Shown piece by piece: positions 26,153 through 38,139 of a DNA stretch of 64,000 nucleotides; positions within the stretch are counted from its first letter, which is position 1; every line of letters starts with the position of its first letter. A model generated the notes under the pieces. It did no database searches and was not told the origin of the DNA. It saw only the letters and a list, made by a program, of their open reading frames with translations. A program made the translations under genes and the position numbers. This stretch comes from Chlorokybus atmophyticus (taxonomy: Eukaryota > Plantae > Mesostigma and Chlorokybus algae): assembly GCA_009103225.1 (NCBI GenBank), contig RHPI01000772.1, positions 685,312 through 749,311 of the forward strand, in the 5' to 3' direction.

Positions 26153-28667
26153 ATGATGGAAGGTGGAGGTGCTTCTGCTTCAACGTCTCAAAGCAGTAGT
26201 AAAGCAGCCGCCGACACGCTACAACGCGTGAAGTTGAATGATGAGAACGAGAACATTGTGTATGCATTTCTTGTGCGTGACGGGCGCGTGCTCTTGAAAC
26301 GAAGGCAAGTATAGGACACACGCACACATGCACACACGCATGCTTGCGCGTGTACATACACATGCGTGCGCATACACGAGCACATGCATGTGGCCATGCT
26401 AAAGGTGAGCGCTCGCCAGCATGCACGCATGCGTCAAGACAACCCGCGCACGCACACAATCCAGCTTTGTTGTATTGCAATTGCATTGCACCATGCTTTG
26501 ATGTGTGTGCAGCAGTGAAGCAAGCGACTTGACAGTCATCAGCGCACACGTGGTGGATGAGGCCAGCAACAACAACAGGAACCACGGAGAAAATGCTGCT
26601 ACCGTTGCTGCTCGTGCAGTCGAGGCCGAAACCGGATACAGGTATACAAGAAGGCATGAAAGCACGTGCACGTGCCAACACAGTGTACTATACTGTATTC
26701 TTACATGCATGTGTGTTTGCATGCAGGCGTGAAGAGGGCGAGGTGGCTCTCATCGCACAATCCAGCAAGCCGGTACAGACTTGTTGTCGTGTGACTTGTG
26801 ACACGTATGTCCAGCCTTACTACACATGCAACCAGGTTAATGTGTCAACGTGGCTCGTACGCTCACGCCGGCCTCCACGCTCAACTGCAGGGGACACTCG
26901 TGTGGAATGGACCTGGTCGACTCCAGAAGTCGTGAGCGGGATGGCTGCCACCCTGTTGAATCAGGTTGGGGAGAGGTAGTGTCATTGTTGTCGATGTTGT
27001 TGTTGTCGTTGTCACCAATACATCTTTGATCTACGTTGCTTTGTCTGCCACTGACAGTGTTTAATCAATGTTGGTGTCACAATTTTCTGACAGTCAACTT
27101 GAGCTATCTCGCGACACCCCACTTTGCTCTATCAGGACTGGCCCGATATCAGCGAGACCGCAAGAGAAGCCACCACTGCGTTGAAGCTTGACGGCCAGAG
27201 TGGTGCTCGCCAGATGGCCGCAAAGCTACTCGACATCATCCACCACCTCACCGACAAGGTGTACCCATCCTACTCCCACTCTCTCAACTCACACATACCA
27301 ACCTTCTCTCTCCCCCTGCAGTCTCCAACCTCCCTGCACCTCTACGTGGACGTCCACGCCGTGGCGGCCGCACGCCCGGCCATGGCTCCCCTCGCGGCTG
27401 TTGCGCGCAGGGTGCTGGAAGCTGATGGTGTGGTTGATATCGATGGTGCGCGGGGGATGACAGCGTTAGAGCGACAGCGTGAGTTGTGGTTGAGTGAACT
27501 TACCTTGTGTGTGTGCACTCGGAGGCGCTGTTGTATGCATGTGTGTGCATTCGTGTGCACAAGTGCTTATTGTCAGTTCCAATGCGCGTAGGTGCATAAC
27601 AGTTGGTATCTACACACGCGCTCTTGTTACAAAAAGAGTGCGAGTGGGTGATTGGATAAGGAGTGATGTGTGTTGTTAGGGGTGAAGGAGAGGGTGGAAG
27701 CGGTGAGGCGGGAGCTTCGTGAGAGCGGGGAGCGTGTGGCGAGGCATGGCGTGGACCTCATCAAAGGTGCTGCACTGAAACGAATGTTCTATTTGCCAAC
27801 ATGCAACAACACCATCATCAGCACAGCACATAGGCATGAAGAAGGTGGCGACACTGAGCTACTCATCATCTTTGGAGGCTGCTTTCCAGCTGCTCGCAAC
27901 CGAACACAGAGACAGCATGCCAGAGGTGTCATTGTCGTCTTCATTGCTGCTGGTGTTGTTGTTGTTGCTGGTGATACTGATGTTGTTTGGTGTTACTCTC
28001 TTTCTCAGGTTATTGTGAGTGTCTCCCGGCCGGGGGGCGAAGGCAAGCGCGTTGCGGGTTTGTTGAGAGGGTGGGGCTATAAGGTATGCTGCGTTGCTTT
28101 GGTTAACACACACGGTTGTGACCAACCTCACACGGATGTTGCGTACACAACAGACCACGCTCGTATCCGATACAGCCTTCTTCTCCGCCCTCACTACGTG
28201 CGACGCGCTCCTGTTGGGCGCTGACTGTGTGTTTGTGGGCGACAGTGCTGATAATGCGGGTGGGGCCACTGGCGCTTGGACTAGGGTAGCCAACAAGGTA
28301 TGTGTGTGGATGGGAGTATATGGAATGTTTGTGTATGCGCACATGCGTCCACCTTGATGGTGTACAGGTTGGCTCAGCACCAGCAGCATTGTGGGCCCAT
28401 ACACATGGTGTGCCAACGTTTGTGTTGGCTGACACATTCAAGGCACAACCGTACGCAGAGTTGTTTCACCCAGAGTCCATCAAAGGTGATGCAGCCTCAA
28501 AGTGTGTCTCAAAGGCACGTGTTGTTCGTGATGATACATATGAGCATGTATGTGATGTGCTGCTAGGTGATGAAGAAGGTGAGGCTGAGTGCCCGCTGTT
28601 TGAGGTCGTGCAAGGTGAGTGGGTGACGCGCGTCGTGTGTGAGTATGGTGACTGGAGAAAAGCATGA
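26153..28667 (+). CDS. Nudix-like domain fused to IF-2B family (eIF2B alpha/beta/delta; MTR-1-P or ribose-1,5-bisphosphate isomerase-like) domain
   Basis: N-terminal VYAFLVRDGRVLLKRS...GENAATVAARAVEAETG (degenerate Nudix box). C-terminal GARQMA, AARPAMAPL, TLSYSSS, SRPGGEGKRVA, LLGADCV, VANKVGS and PLFEVV..EWVTRVVCEYG are IF-2B family motifs. Stop TGA at 28667. Confidence 0.85.
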
Positions 28668-29268
28668 CTTCAACTTGTAGTGCTAGTTGTTTTGTTGACA
28701 GATTATGCATCGGTTGTCATTATGCAGCAAAATTTGTAAAGCTATGCATGTGTATGTAGTGTCAATATAGTAGTGTATAGTTATGTGTCGCGCGACTTCC
28801 GTGACTAGCAATGGTATTGGTTGATGATCACTGATGCGTGTTTAAGCGTCACGTTTTGTGCTAATTGCAAGTTCATCAGCATCGTCGTGCCCACAATGCA
28901 CCTCTAGTGATATAAAATTCGTGCTGTTTACCAAACTTTAACACTTCAAACCAACACACCTAGTGACATAATTGGTGTGATTTGTGATTCTTTGCATTGT
29001 AACACATCATAATGTCATCAACACGAGCTCTTATTTGTTATGTAAGTTTGTTGCAACAAAGATTGAATAATACTTGCATATTGCACACATAGAGCGGTTT
29101 ATAAAGTCTCATTGTTAATTGCTTTTCTCTATCAAAGTCAGTAATGTAGTCTATTCCATCATAATTACCACCATATATGACATGATTATACCATATTGGT
29201 ATGTTGCATCTTGCACATCACACCACCCTGCATTATGCTGGGCGATCGTTGTGGACCAACGACTCGCC

Positions 29269-29397
29269 CGTCAGTCCGAGTCAGCACGCGCTTTTCGCAG
29301 ACAAGCTGCGTGTCAGACGTCAGCACGACAGCGCGTGACGATATTCTCGGAGAGTCACGCACTGTCCTGCCTGCAGGCCGCAGCGTCATGTCCGTCA
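29269..29397. promoter_or_regulatory. Cluster of five TGACG/CGTCA (as-1/ocs-like) motifs upstream of the Wali7/TSJT1-like gene
   Basis: CGTCA at 29269, 29318, 29384 and 29393; TGACG at 29336; several more GTCA/TGAC half-sites nearby. Confidence 0.5.
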
Positions 29398-29900
29398 CGC
29401 CGCAACAGCGTTGACAGTCATCCCGTCGCTGCCGTGACTGCGTTGCGCGCCCCTCTGACACCCGCAAAAAACAAGCCAAGTCGGACTCATGACTTTGTAC
29501 TTGACCGCAGAATTTGCCCCTAAGCAAGTGCTTCTTGATAAAGTTAGGTGCTTCATGAAACCGACTTGCCACCCGACGTGCGCAACACCTTGAGTTCAAA
29601 CGGACATGTTCTCTTACCCTGGGCTTCTTGTCGGTCATTTCCATCATGTTCAGCAGACAATGAAACAAGAATTGTCGGTCATGATCGTTTTCAAGCCGGC
29701 TTGTGCGACCGGTTGCAGCCATAGCTCCGCACGCAAGGCTTTTTTGGTTTGCTTCTGATGAGCAGCTTACAGCTTAGCTTACAGCTTAGCTTGGACGCTG
29801 GCATTGCTGCGGGCGGCGGTGGTGTTGGTGTCGTTGGGGCTATCAGTGGTGTTACTGGTGCTTCGGTGTCGTTACTGCGTAGTAAGTGCTTGCTGGTAAG

Positions 29901-31583
29901 ATGTTTATGTGCGTGTTCGACCGGGACACCTGCCGGGCTCCCACCGGGCTGGAGAGCCCCAGGGATGGTGTCCCTGTGGAGAACATATCTATGGATGAGG
30001 ACCGACGCAATGCCGAGAGCATGGAGCGCCTGCGCTCCATCAAGGACATGGCTGCTTCTCGCGCCGAGGGCAAGTAAGCACTCGCTGCATGCTCCCCGCT
30101 CTTCCCCCTCCCCCTTCCTGTGTCAACCATTGAGCAGGATGCTTGTGTTGTAAGGCAATGCTGCAGAACTATGGTTGCTTGCAACTCACCAACTGGCAGC
30201 TCTTTGACTTTGACTGATTGTGCTTAGCTTGCCAGCATTGCCACTTTGTATGTCTGTATGCATGCGCTTTAGTGCTAAGAGGCTGGCGACTATACTTTCA
30301 CATCACCTCATTGTAAGACGTGGCATTGTAGCCTCTTGGAAGCTGCTGCTTACTCTTACAATCCGACTGCAATGCAGGCCCCCTGTCAACTTGAAGATGA
30401 TGTCGCTGGGCCTAGGCAACGCCGTTGCCATCGAGCAGTCATCGTTGTTGTCTTCAGTGCTTGACGGAGACATTGTGGCAGTCCTTCGCGGCCAGGTTAG
30501 TCGACGGGCCTGGCGTTGTTGCGATGACACGTACGTCCTCACTGCTTCCGTGCACTGCAAGCAATGAGCAGTTTCAGCTGTTGCCAGCATAGCTGACAGA
30601 GTGTCATTGGCAGGTGACGGCCTGGCCTGGTATGAACGCTGTGACCGAAGCTCATGACGCATTCGTGCGCGGAGAGTCTGAAGACGAGGTGGAGAGCCAC
30701 CACATGACGGACGCTCAGCGCCTCGTGCGCTTGTACAAGTACCTCATGGACCTGGAGCACGGTCACCGCGACCTGCCTCACGCCATATCTCAGTAAGCCA
30801 CTTTGCACGCTGAGCTGCAATGGTTATCTGACAGCTGTCTTGACTCGTCACACTTTCTTGTGTGCAGCTTGTCTGCCGTTGAAGGAGCCTTTGCATTCGT
30901 CTTGTATGACCGCATCAGGCGCAATGTGATGGTGGCTCGCGACCGCGAGGGCAAAGAAAACTTGTACTGGGGGTATGCACATGGTCAAAATGCCATGCCA
31001 TCACCAAGTCTGCAATGACAATAGCTCATGTGAGACATCTTCTCCTTGCAGATGCTCACCAGATGGAACCTTGATGCTTGCCGACTCCTGGCGCACCCTG
31101 AATGAGTGCAACCCATCAGCCGTTTCTTTCCCTGCTGGCTGCCTGTTTGCCAACGAAGGTACGTTATTGACTGTCACCGCAGCTGAACACTCAGCACAAA
31201 ATCTAATGCCGATTATCACTTACTGCAATTCGCTTGTTGCATGCAGGCTGCACATTTTACGAGTGCCCCGGCTCAATGGGCTGGTAAGACATTGCGAATT
31301 GACATGTATATGTGAAGTGCTTTGCGTGCATGCACTCGCTGTCAGCACATGTGATTGATCGATGGTGATGAGCTTCTTCTTGATTGTGTAAAGCTCAAGT
31401 ACATCACCCATGTGCAGGGTGATGGGTGGCGGGCACGCGTGGCCGGGCAGGCTGCATTCCTTTGCGAAGCCCGGCCGCACTGTGCAGGCCGTGCCTCGTA
31501 TCAACTCGCGTGGACAACTGTGCGGTGCCGTGTTTCGTGTCGCTTCTGGACCGGACATCGCTGCTATGGGCATGCGCGCTTGA
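29901..31583 (+). CDS. Aluminium-induced / Wali7 / TSJT1-like Ntn-hydrolase-fold protein (DUF3700)
   Basis: MFMCVFDRDTCRAPTGLESP start; LSAVEGAFAFVLYD...ARDREGKENLYWG, DGTLMLAD, SFPAGCLFANE and a last exon LHSFAKP...VPRINSRGQLCGAVFRV ending TGA at 31583. Confidence 0.88.
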
Positions 31584-32543
31584 ATCTAAGTGATGCAAGC
31601 AGTGCTTACAGGCAATGTCAAAGTTCTGGCCGCCGTGTGGCGGCATGTACAGTTAGGCACAGGTACTATACTCACTATACTGGGTCGTGACATGGGTACA
31701 CGCCATGAACATAACACAGCGTAGTGACGCTGGCAGTGTTGGGAATATCGGGGGACAGCCGGCACGTGTAAGATGGCAGCGGTAGTTAGGATGTTAATAC
31801 GGTAGTGTCTCGGCTGCTTATATATTTTGTGAACTTGCCCGTGTGCTGTATGACTGCTTTCCCCTTGTCGCGCTGTGTTGCTGCCTTGCACAACAGCTAG
31901 GTGCTGCGAGTTGAAGTACACCCCGGTGGTAAACGATCACTGCATGGTGGTGAGCATTGTGCACATGCATGTGGCATGTATCATGATCACTTGCATTGTC
32001 TGTATATGTCACAGATATGCATGCATTGCTAGTCAACACTCTACAACATGAATTTACACGGGTGCATCACCGCCAGGTTGCTCGCTATTGCCAAAAGAAT
32101 CATGTGCAAGCTCCCATTGCCACGTGTGCCGGCTTGCGGCAGTATTAGAGACTAGCAACAGCAAAGTTCCCAACATGGTGCCTGAACATGGCACGGTTCG
32201 GCACGGGTCACCCAAGTCATGAAAACAAGTGATGGCGACACAACCATCATGAACAGGCATTCAAAAACCACTTGAAAACCTTATTGACTGCAAATTGCAT
32301 ATACAACCGCCTCAGACTGCATTTCCAAAGCAGACCACTTATCACAACTATATACACAATTTCGCATGCCGAGTGTCGTCGCAGCTATCAGAACCCTACG
32401 GTTCTAAGTCACATCACAAAATATCACTACACCAAAACCAATCAATATGTACAGTAGTACTACGCAAGGGGATATATGCACATGCAGTATAGCACAGTAT
32501 CAGTGGTGTCGCAACACGCTCTCGGTGTCCGACCTGATGGACG

Positions 32544-34593
32544 TCATGAATTTACCGCAGGCAGCACCGCAGGCGGTTGTGGCAGTGTTGTAGCAGGCAA
32601 CCTCTCCGCTATACGCTGCGCATATACAAGCAAGAGCAATGAGATGGTGTTGACACTCGCTTTTACTTTCCAATCAAAGTTGGGCTCATTACCTCAAACA
32701 GCTCGCTGACGTTGATGGCCTGTTTCGCGGACGTTTCAATAAACAGCATCGAGTTCTCCTCCGCGAACGCACGCGCCTCCTGCACAAGAAGAAGAGAGTT
32801 GTGTGCATGTGCTGTCTGCTTAAAGCACACGCAAGAAGCCGTGAGGCTCACCTCAACAGGCACTTCTCTGTGCTTTTCCAAATCAGTCTTGTTGCCTACC
32901 AGTATGATGACCATGCTGGCTGCGCCATGCTTATGCAACTCCTGTCCCCACATGAACCAAGTGTGAGTAACAGACGCACAGATATACACAGCATATGTCA
33001 TGCGATTGGGTGCACATAGCGTGTTACACACCCACACACGCATAGTCAACTTGTGCCATCAGCCTTGTTGTGATGCGCTTGTTGTAAACACATGAGTGTC
33101 ATGGTCATCTAGCATAGCACCCAACATCCATTCCGTTGCAAGTCTCACTCACTTTTGTCCAGAAGCGTGCCTTGTCGAAAGTGTCTTTGTTGGTTATGTC
33201 GTACACAACCGCCGCCGCGCTGGCCCCGCGATAATACAGCGGCACCAGAGAGGCATACCTGAGAGAGCGTGTGCATGTGTGATACTATGTGTCACAGCAC
33301 ACGCATTGCACACATGTGAGAGATAGCTGTACCGTTCTTGGCCTGCAGTGTCCCAAATCTCAAAGCGAACAGTCGTGTTGTCGGACAACGTGACTGATTG
33401 CGACAGAAAAGCCGCACCGACTGTGACCTGTAAAAGCGCAAATAGTGAGAAGGGCTACTGATGGTGCACACATGCAACAGCGGGATGTATCTACTAACAC
33501 AAGCGCGTGACTGCACACACACACACACGCATGCACGCGGTTGCACAACTACCTAGATCTGTGTGTGTGCGTGGAAGCTGGAGAGAGTGGGGGCAAAGGG
33601 AGAGCGTGTGCGTGCATGTGCAGTGGTATGAATCTACTGACAAAAGCTCGTAACCGCACATACGCACACACGCGCGTGTGTGCCATTACACGCAGTTGTA
33701 CAACTTTGCATGTGTGTGTGCGTGCGTGCGCGCGCGCTTGAGAGCACGCAACAAAGGGAGAGTGTGTATACCCGTGTGCGCGCATGTGCACATGTGGTCG
33801 CATGCACGTATGTGATGTACGTACCGACAATGGGACACTGGCGTAAACTCTTTTGGTCCACACAAGTGCCAATAACAAACAAAGCAATCAGATAAGAGCC
33901 AGATCGCAATCACTGGACCCTTCGCAACACCGACCAGCGCGCGTGCACATACAAACAAACATACAGACATACAAACAAACTCCTGCGACCGAGCGCACAT
34001 CCTTGCCTTGGAGTTGGCGTCGAACTGTCCCTTGACGAAGCGCAGCACTATGCAGGATTTGCCAACACCCGTGTCGCCCAACAAAACAAGCTGCGACGTG
34101 ATACACCGTACACGTTTAGTCGAGGAAAACAACACAGGCAGTGAGTGGAGCTGTGCGTGCGTGCGTGCGTGCGTGCGTGTCGTGCGTGCGTCACACCTTC
34201 ACGCGGAGAGTTTTGGTGTCGGAATTGGGTTGATTGGAGATAGGGGCAGGCGCTGCTAGTCGGCACAGCCAATATTACATCAAAGGCGTTTCACACAGTG
34301 TCAAGCCAACAAACAACTGGTGTATGGCCAATGACAGTGCGCGCTACGTTGTGTCCGAGAGTGAGCGAACAAACGACAGGAGCTTAAGTGAAGGTGCATC
34401 GAGCGCTTGATTAATCCTTCTAAGCTTAGAGTGTAACCCTGCTCAGAGTTGCACTGCAGTGTTGCCACAGCATTGCTGTCTCTAGCCAAAGAACGAACTA
34501 CATCAAGCTGCGAGTGTGACAAGGTGCATGGCGCTAAACAGGCGCATGGCGTCAACTGACTGACTGACCAGGCTTGCCGTAGGAGCAGCCCAT
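32544..34593 (-). CDS. RABF1: Plant-type Rab5 GTPase RABF1/ARA6
   Basis: First exon MGCSYGKP (Gly2/Cys3 acylation motif), then ...KTLRVK|[60 protein letters not shown] and ETSAK. The last exon RIAERLP...VNS-stop has no C-terminal prenylation cysteines. Confidence 0.95.
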
Positions 34594-34713
34594 GCCTCCT
34601 CCTTCCCCTCCGTCCCCACCTTCCTCTCCTCCGCCTCCGCCTCCGCCACCAGCCTCGCCTCCTCCGCCTTCTCCACCTTCACTCTCTCAGCTGACAGTGC
34701 AGAAGCAACCACC

Positions 34714-37256
34714 ATGAGCATGTCGGCGGCGGCGGTGCCGTCGCTGTTGCCTGCGCATGGCCAGGGTGATGCCCTCCCAAAGCGTCGTCGCTGGCGTCAG
34801 AACAAGAACCGGCCCAACCCACAGGATAGAGCGAAGAGAAAGGCCCTGGTTGGCATTCCACCAATGTTCCGCGCCTCGGCCTCGTCATCGCCAGCTGAAG
34901 ACGCTGCCAGGTAGGCAAGGGAACAGAGATAGCTTGGTTGTGACACACCTGGGCATGCTATCGTCCATATGCATGCCACTTGATGAAGGCACCACGAAAA
35001 CAGAGAAAGTTAAAACCAGACGCTTGTTCGCATAGCAGCAGCATGCTTGCTTGCCTCTACAACGTTGTGATTACAGCTAGGAGTTGTTGTGCAGGAATGC
35101 AGCTCGAGTTGCAGGCAAACAGCGCTTGCTTGCATGCTAGAGTTCAGCTTTGCTGCTGCGCGTCAAAACGGCAAAGCAGCAATCTGCTTCTTTGTTTGTC
35201 CTTCATTGCAAACCGAAGCACCAACCCAGGCTCACTGCTAGGCTGCTGCTTGCAGCGAAGCTCATCAAGTAGGCAGGCATGCTTGAATGCCACAAGAAGC
35301 ATAGCATGCGCACCACAATGGTCCTCTCAGCAAGGTGTGCATGCATGCTTGCAGTCTGCAGCTGCATTCAAGCAGCAACACGGAGCAAGCACGTGCAGTT
35401 TTGGGCTAACTCGCTCTATGCTCCCACAGACGCTTCCGGCAACAATATGCTGCCGCACTGCTCCAATCTTTAGTTGCATGCCATGGACAGGCTCTTCACA
35501 CATAAGCACGTATGACACGCCTTTAAGCTGACACACCTTCCCACGCAGGTGGGTGGTGGACGGGTACATCAAGGACGGCAGCCTTGTGGGCGTCGGCGGG
35601 GGCGGCGCCGGTGGAGGCGTGTTCCCCGCTCTCATCTTTCAACACCTTGGCAAGAAGCTGCAAGTAAGTAAGCAAATTCGGGGTTGTTGACACATGCATG
35701 CGCAGATGACATGCTTGTGAGCTTACACTTGACATCACATGCCAGCTGTGTGTATGTTATAGCACTGCAAGCATACATGCACAAGCACGTGTATGCAAAC
35801 ACACGCATCTTGTAATCGGGTGTGTGCTTTTCTGTACGTTACTGGTGGTTTTGCTTCTGTATGCTTGCTTCACGAGTCCGCGTCATTCATGTGCTTGTGG
35901 TGGTTGGTTCTGACTTTGGTGTGCTGTTCGCAAGGAAGGGTCCCTGAAGAATGTGACGTGCGTGGCGACCTCCCCGCTGGCCGCACAAGCCGCAGCCGTG
36001 AGCGGCGTGCGGCTTTGGCCCGGTGGAGTCGACACACTTGAGCGCAAGCTCGACTTCTTCTTCGATGGTGCAGACGCGGTAAGGGTGACTGATGGCTGGT
36101 TGAGGATAAGCGCAGTGCATGTGCGCGGTATGCACAAGTACATTCATGCATGCAGGGTTGGAGACGTTTGTTTAGTAGATAACTTGGTACTGATGAGCGG
36201 ATTGACACGCAAGCAGCACCGGCCAGCATGTACCATTCAAGATCTTGTACCCACACAAGCATATGCAGTCGCACACGCGTGCACACACATCCACGCTCGT
36301 ATGCACGCACCCTCGCGCGCGCATGCACATGTACACGTATTCGTGCCACACAGACGTGCGTGTTTTCAAGGTGCAACAGCTTCTGTACTCGAAGACATAC
36401 TCCGCTGCTACACTGCTACACTTAACCACCAAGCTCAGACTGATGCCATCCATGTTCAGGTCACGGACGGCACGCTGCACTGCATCAAAGGCCGCGCGTC
36501 AAAGTCCTCCAACGCGGAGTCGATATCGGCAGACAGGGCGATGGTGGAGCAGAGCGAGCGGTTTGTTGTCGTCTGCTCGGAGGAGCAGCATGTCAACTCC
36601 CTCGTCGGGATGGTCCCGATCATCGTCCGCAGGGTAGGAAAGCATGATGCCCGTGGCATCAAGTGTGTTTACGGTTTTTGGTTCCTTTATGCTAATAAAA
36701 CACAATATATCAAATTGGTTTCCTGCTGCAGGCTGGAAGGGCTTTAAAGTTACATCTGTCAGTCTGTTAACCCTCATCTCCAACATTCAACAAGTGGCTG
36801 ACTTGTACTATCTGAATATCACTAGCTACATCCAACTTTTGTATCACAGTCAAGTCAACGTTCTACACCCGCTTACACACTGACACACACACCTCAACCT
36901 GCTTACTCTCATGTTGCCAACAACAACAACAGGACGGCTGGGAGGACACGGCCGAGGCTCTCGACGAGGTCTTTCTGGGCGTGGCTGCGGGTATCTGGCG
37001 TCGTCCCAGTCGCGGTCGCAGCGGTCCCTCCGGCGGCGACTTCCCTTACATTTCATCTCATGGCCACTTCGTCCTCGACGTCGACTTCGATCGCGGGGTG
37101 GACAGGCCCGACGTCGTGGCGAGAGCGATCGAGGGCGTGGAGGGAGTCGTGACGCACGGGTTGTTTGTTGGGGAGGTGCACGAGTGCATCGTGGTGGGGA
37201 GCGAAGGGTTTGTGACAAAGTGGCCGGTCATGAGAGATGTTCAGGGCTTTGTGTAG
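34714..37256 (+). CDS. Ribose-5-phosphate isomerase A-like protein (divergent RPI4-type), probable transit peptide
   Basis: YIKDGSLVGVG, VTCVATS, LDFFFDGADAV, CIKG, ERFVVVCSE, VPIIV, PYISSHGHFVLDVDF and IEGVEGVVTHGLF; stop TAG at 37256. The N-terminus is Arg/Ser/Ala-rich. Confidence 0.85.
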
Positions 37257-38139
37257 GTAATGAAGCGTGTAGATGTGAGATGTCAAGGGCTTCTTTTAAG
37301 CGGTGCTCTGCATGAACATGGCTACATTTTGCGTGCCTTGGGTGGTCACTATCAGGACCCTTTTGCTCGGCTTGGGCGCTGCAAAGCAAAACTACATAAT
37401 GAGCCCCATCCTTGATATGCCGTCAGGTAGGCACGTTTACAGGCCAATTCACACTACACACACAGTCATTGTGCATGTGCACAAAGTGTGGTGCGTGCGA
37501 GTATCGAGCAACATCTGGCAAGCAATCCATCCTTGCATGCATGCTACATGCCTGGAGGCTTCAGTACACAAGAAGCCCGGTGATGTCCTATTGACTGAGT
37601 GATGTTGTGTGCTATGCGTGTGTTGTGCATGTGGTGCATGTCGTGCATGTTGTGGGCGTGTGTGTGTGGGAATGCGTTGCACGCAGTCAATCCCCTTCCG
37701 ATTCTTTTGTACACAGTCGCATGCCCATGGAAACATGCATATGCCATACACGCACACATTCTGCGTGCTACACAGGCACGGTGCGCGTGGCCGTGCGGCT
37801 ACAGCCGCTGCTGTTGTTTCTACATGATCAGTGTATGGCCAGCATTTGCTTGAGCAGTTGGTAGTGCGACTGCCATACACATGATACCAACAACCAATAT
37901 GCATGCAGCAGTATTGCCAACATGGCACATGTCGCACAACTTGTTAAGCCTCTTGTGTGTGCCACTTCAAGCTTGCCGCGCGCGCGGTGTTCATCACCCA
38001 TGATAGCCGAGCTATGAGTTCAAGCTACGGTCCAATCACGCTCACTTATTCCTGCTATGCACACCCTTCTATAAGCTGCCAAGCGGGTGTGCTGCGTGCG
38101 GAGCGGCCACGCGGTTACGGATAGAGTTGTGGTGTACCA

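Noticed and set aside
29186-29722. 178-aa minus-strand ORF upstream of the Wali7-like gene
   Set aside because: No recognisable domain or splice pattern, and it overlaps the TGACG-rich promoter region.
26153-37256. Pentose-phosphate gene cluster (IF-2B-like isomerase plus RpiA-like)
   Set aside because: Two unrelated genes lie between them, the RpiA-like protein looks catalytically eroded, and there is no evidence of co-regulation. Proximity is probably chance.
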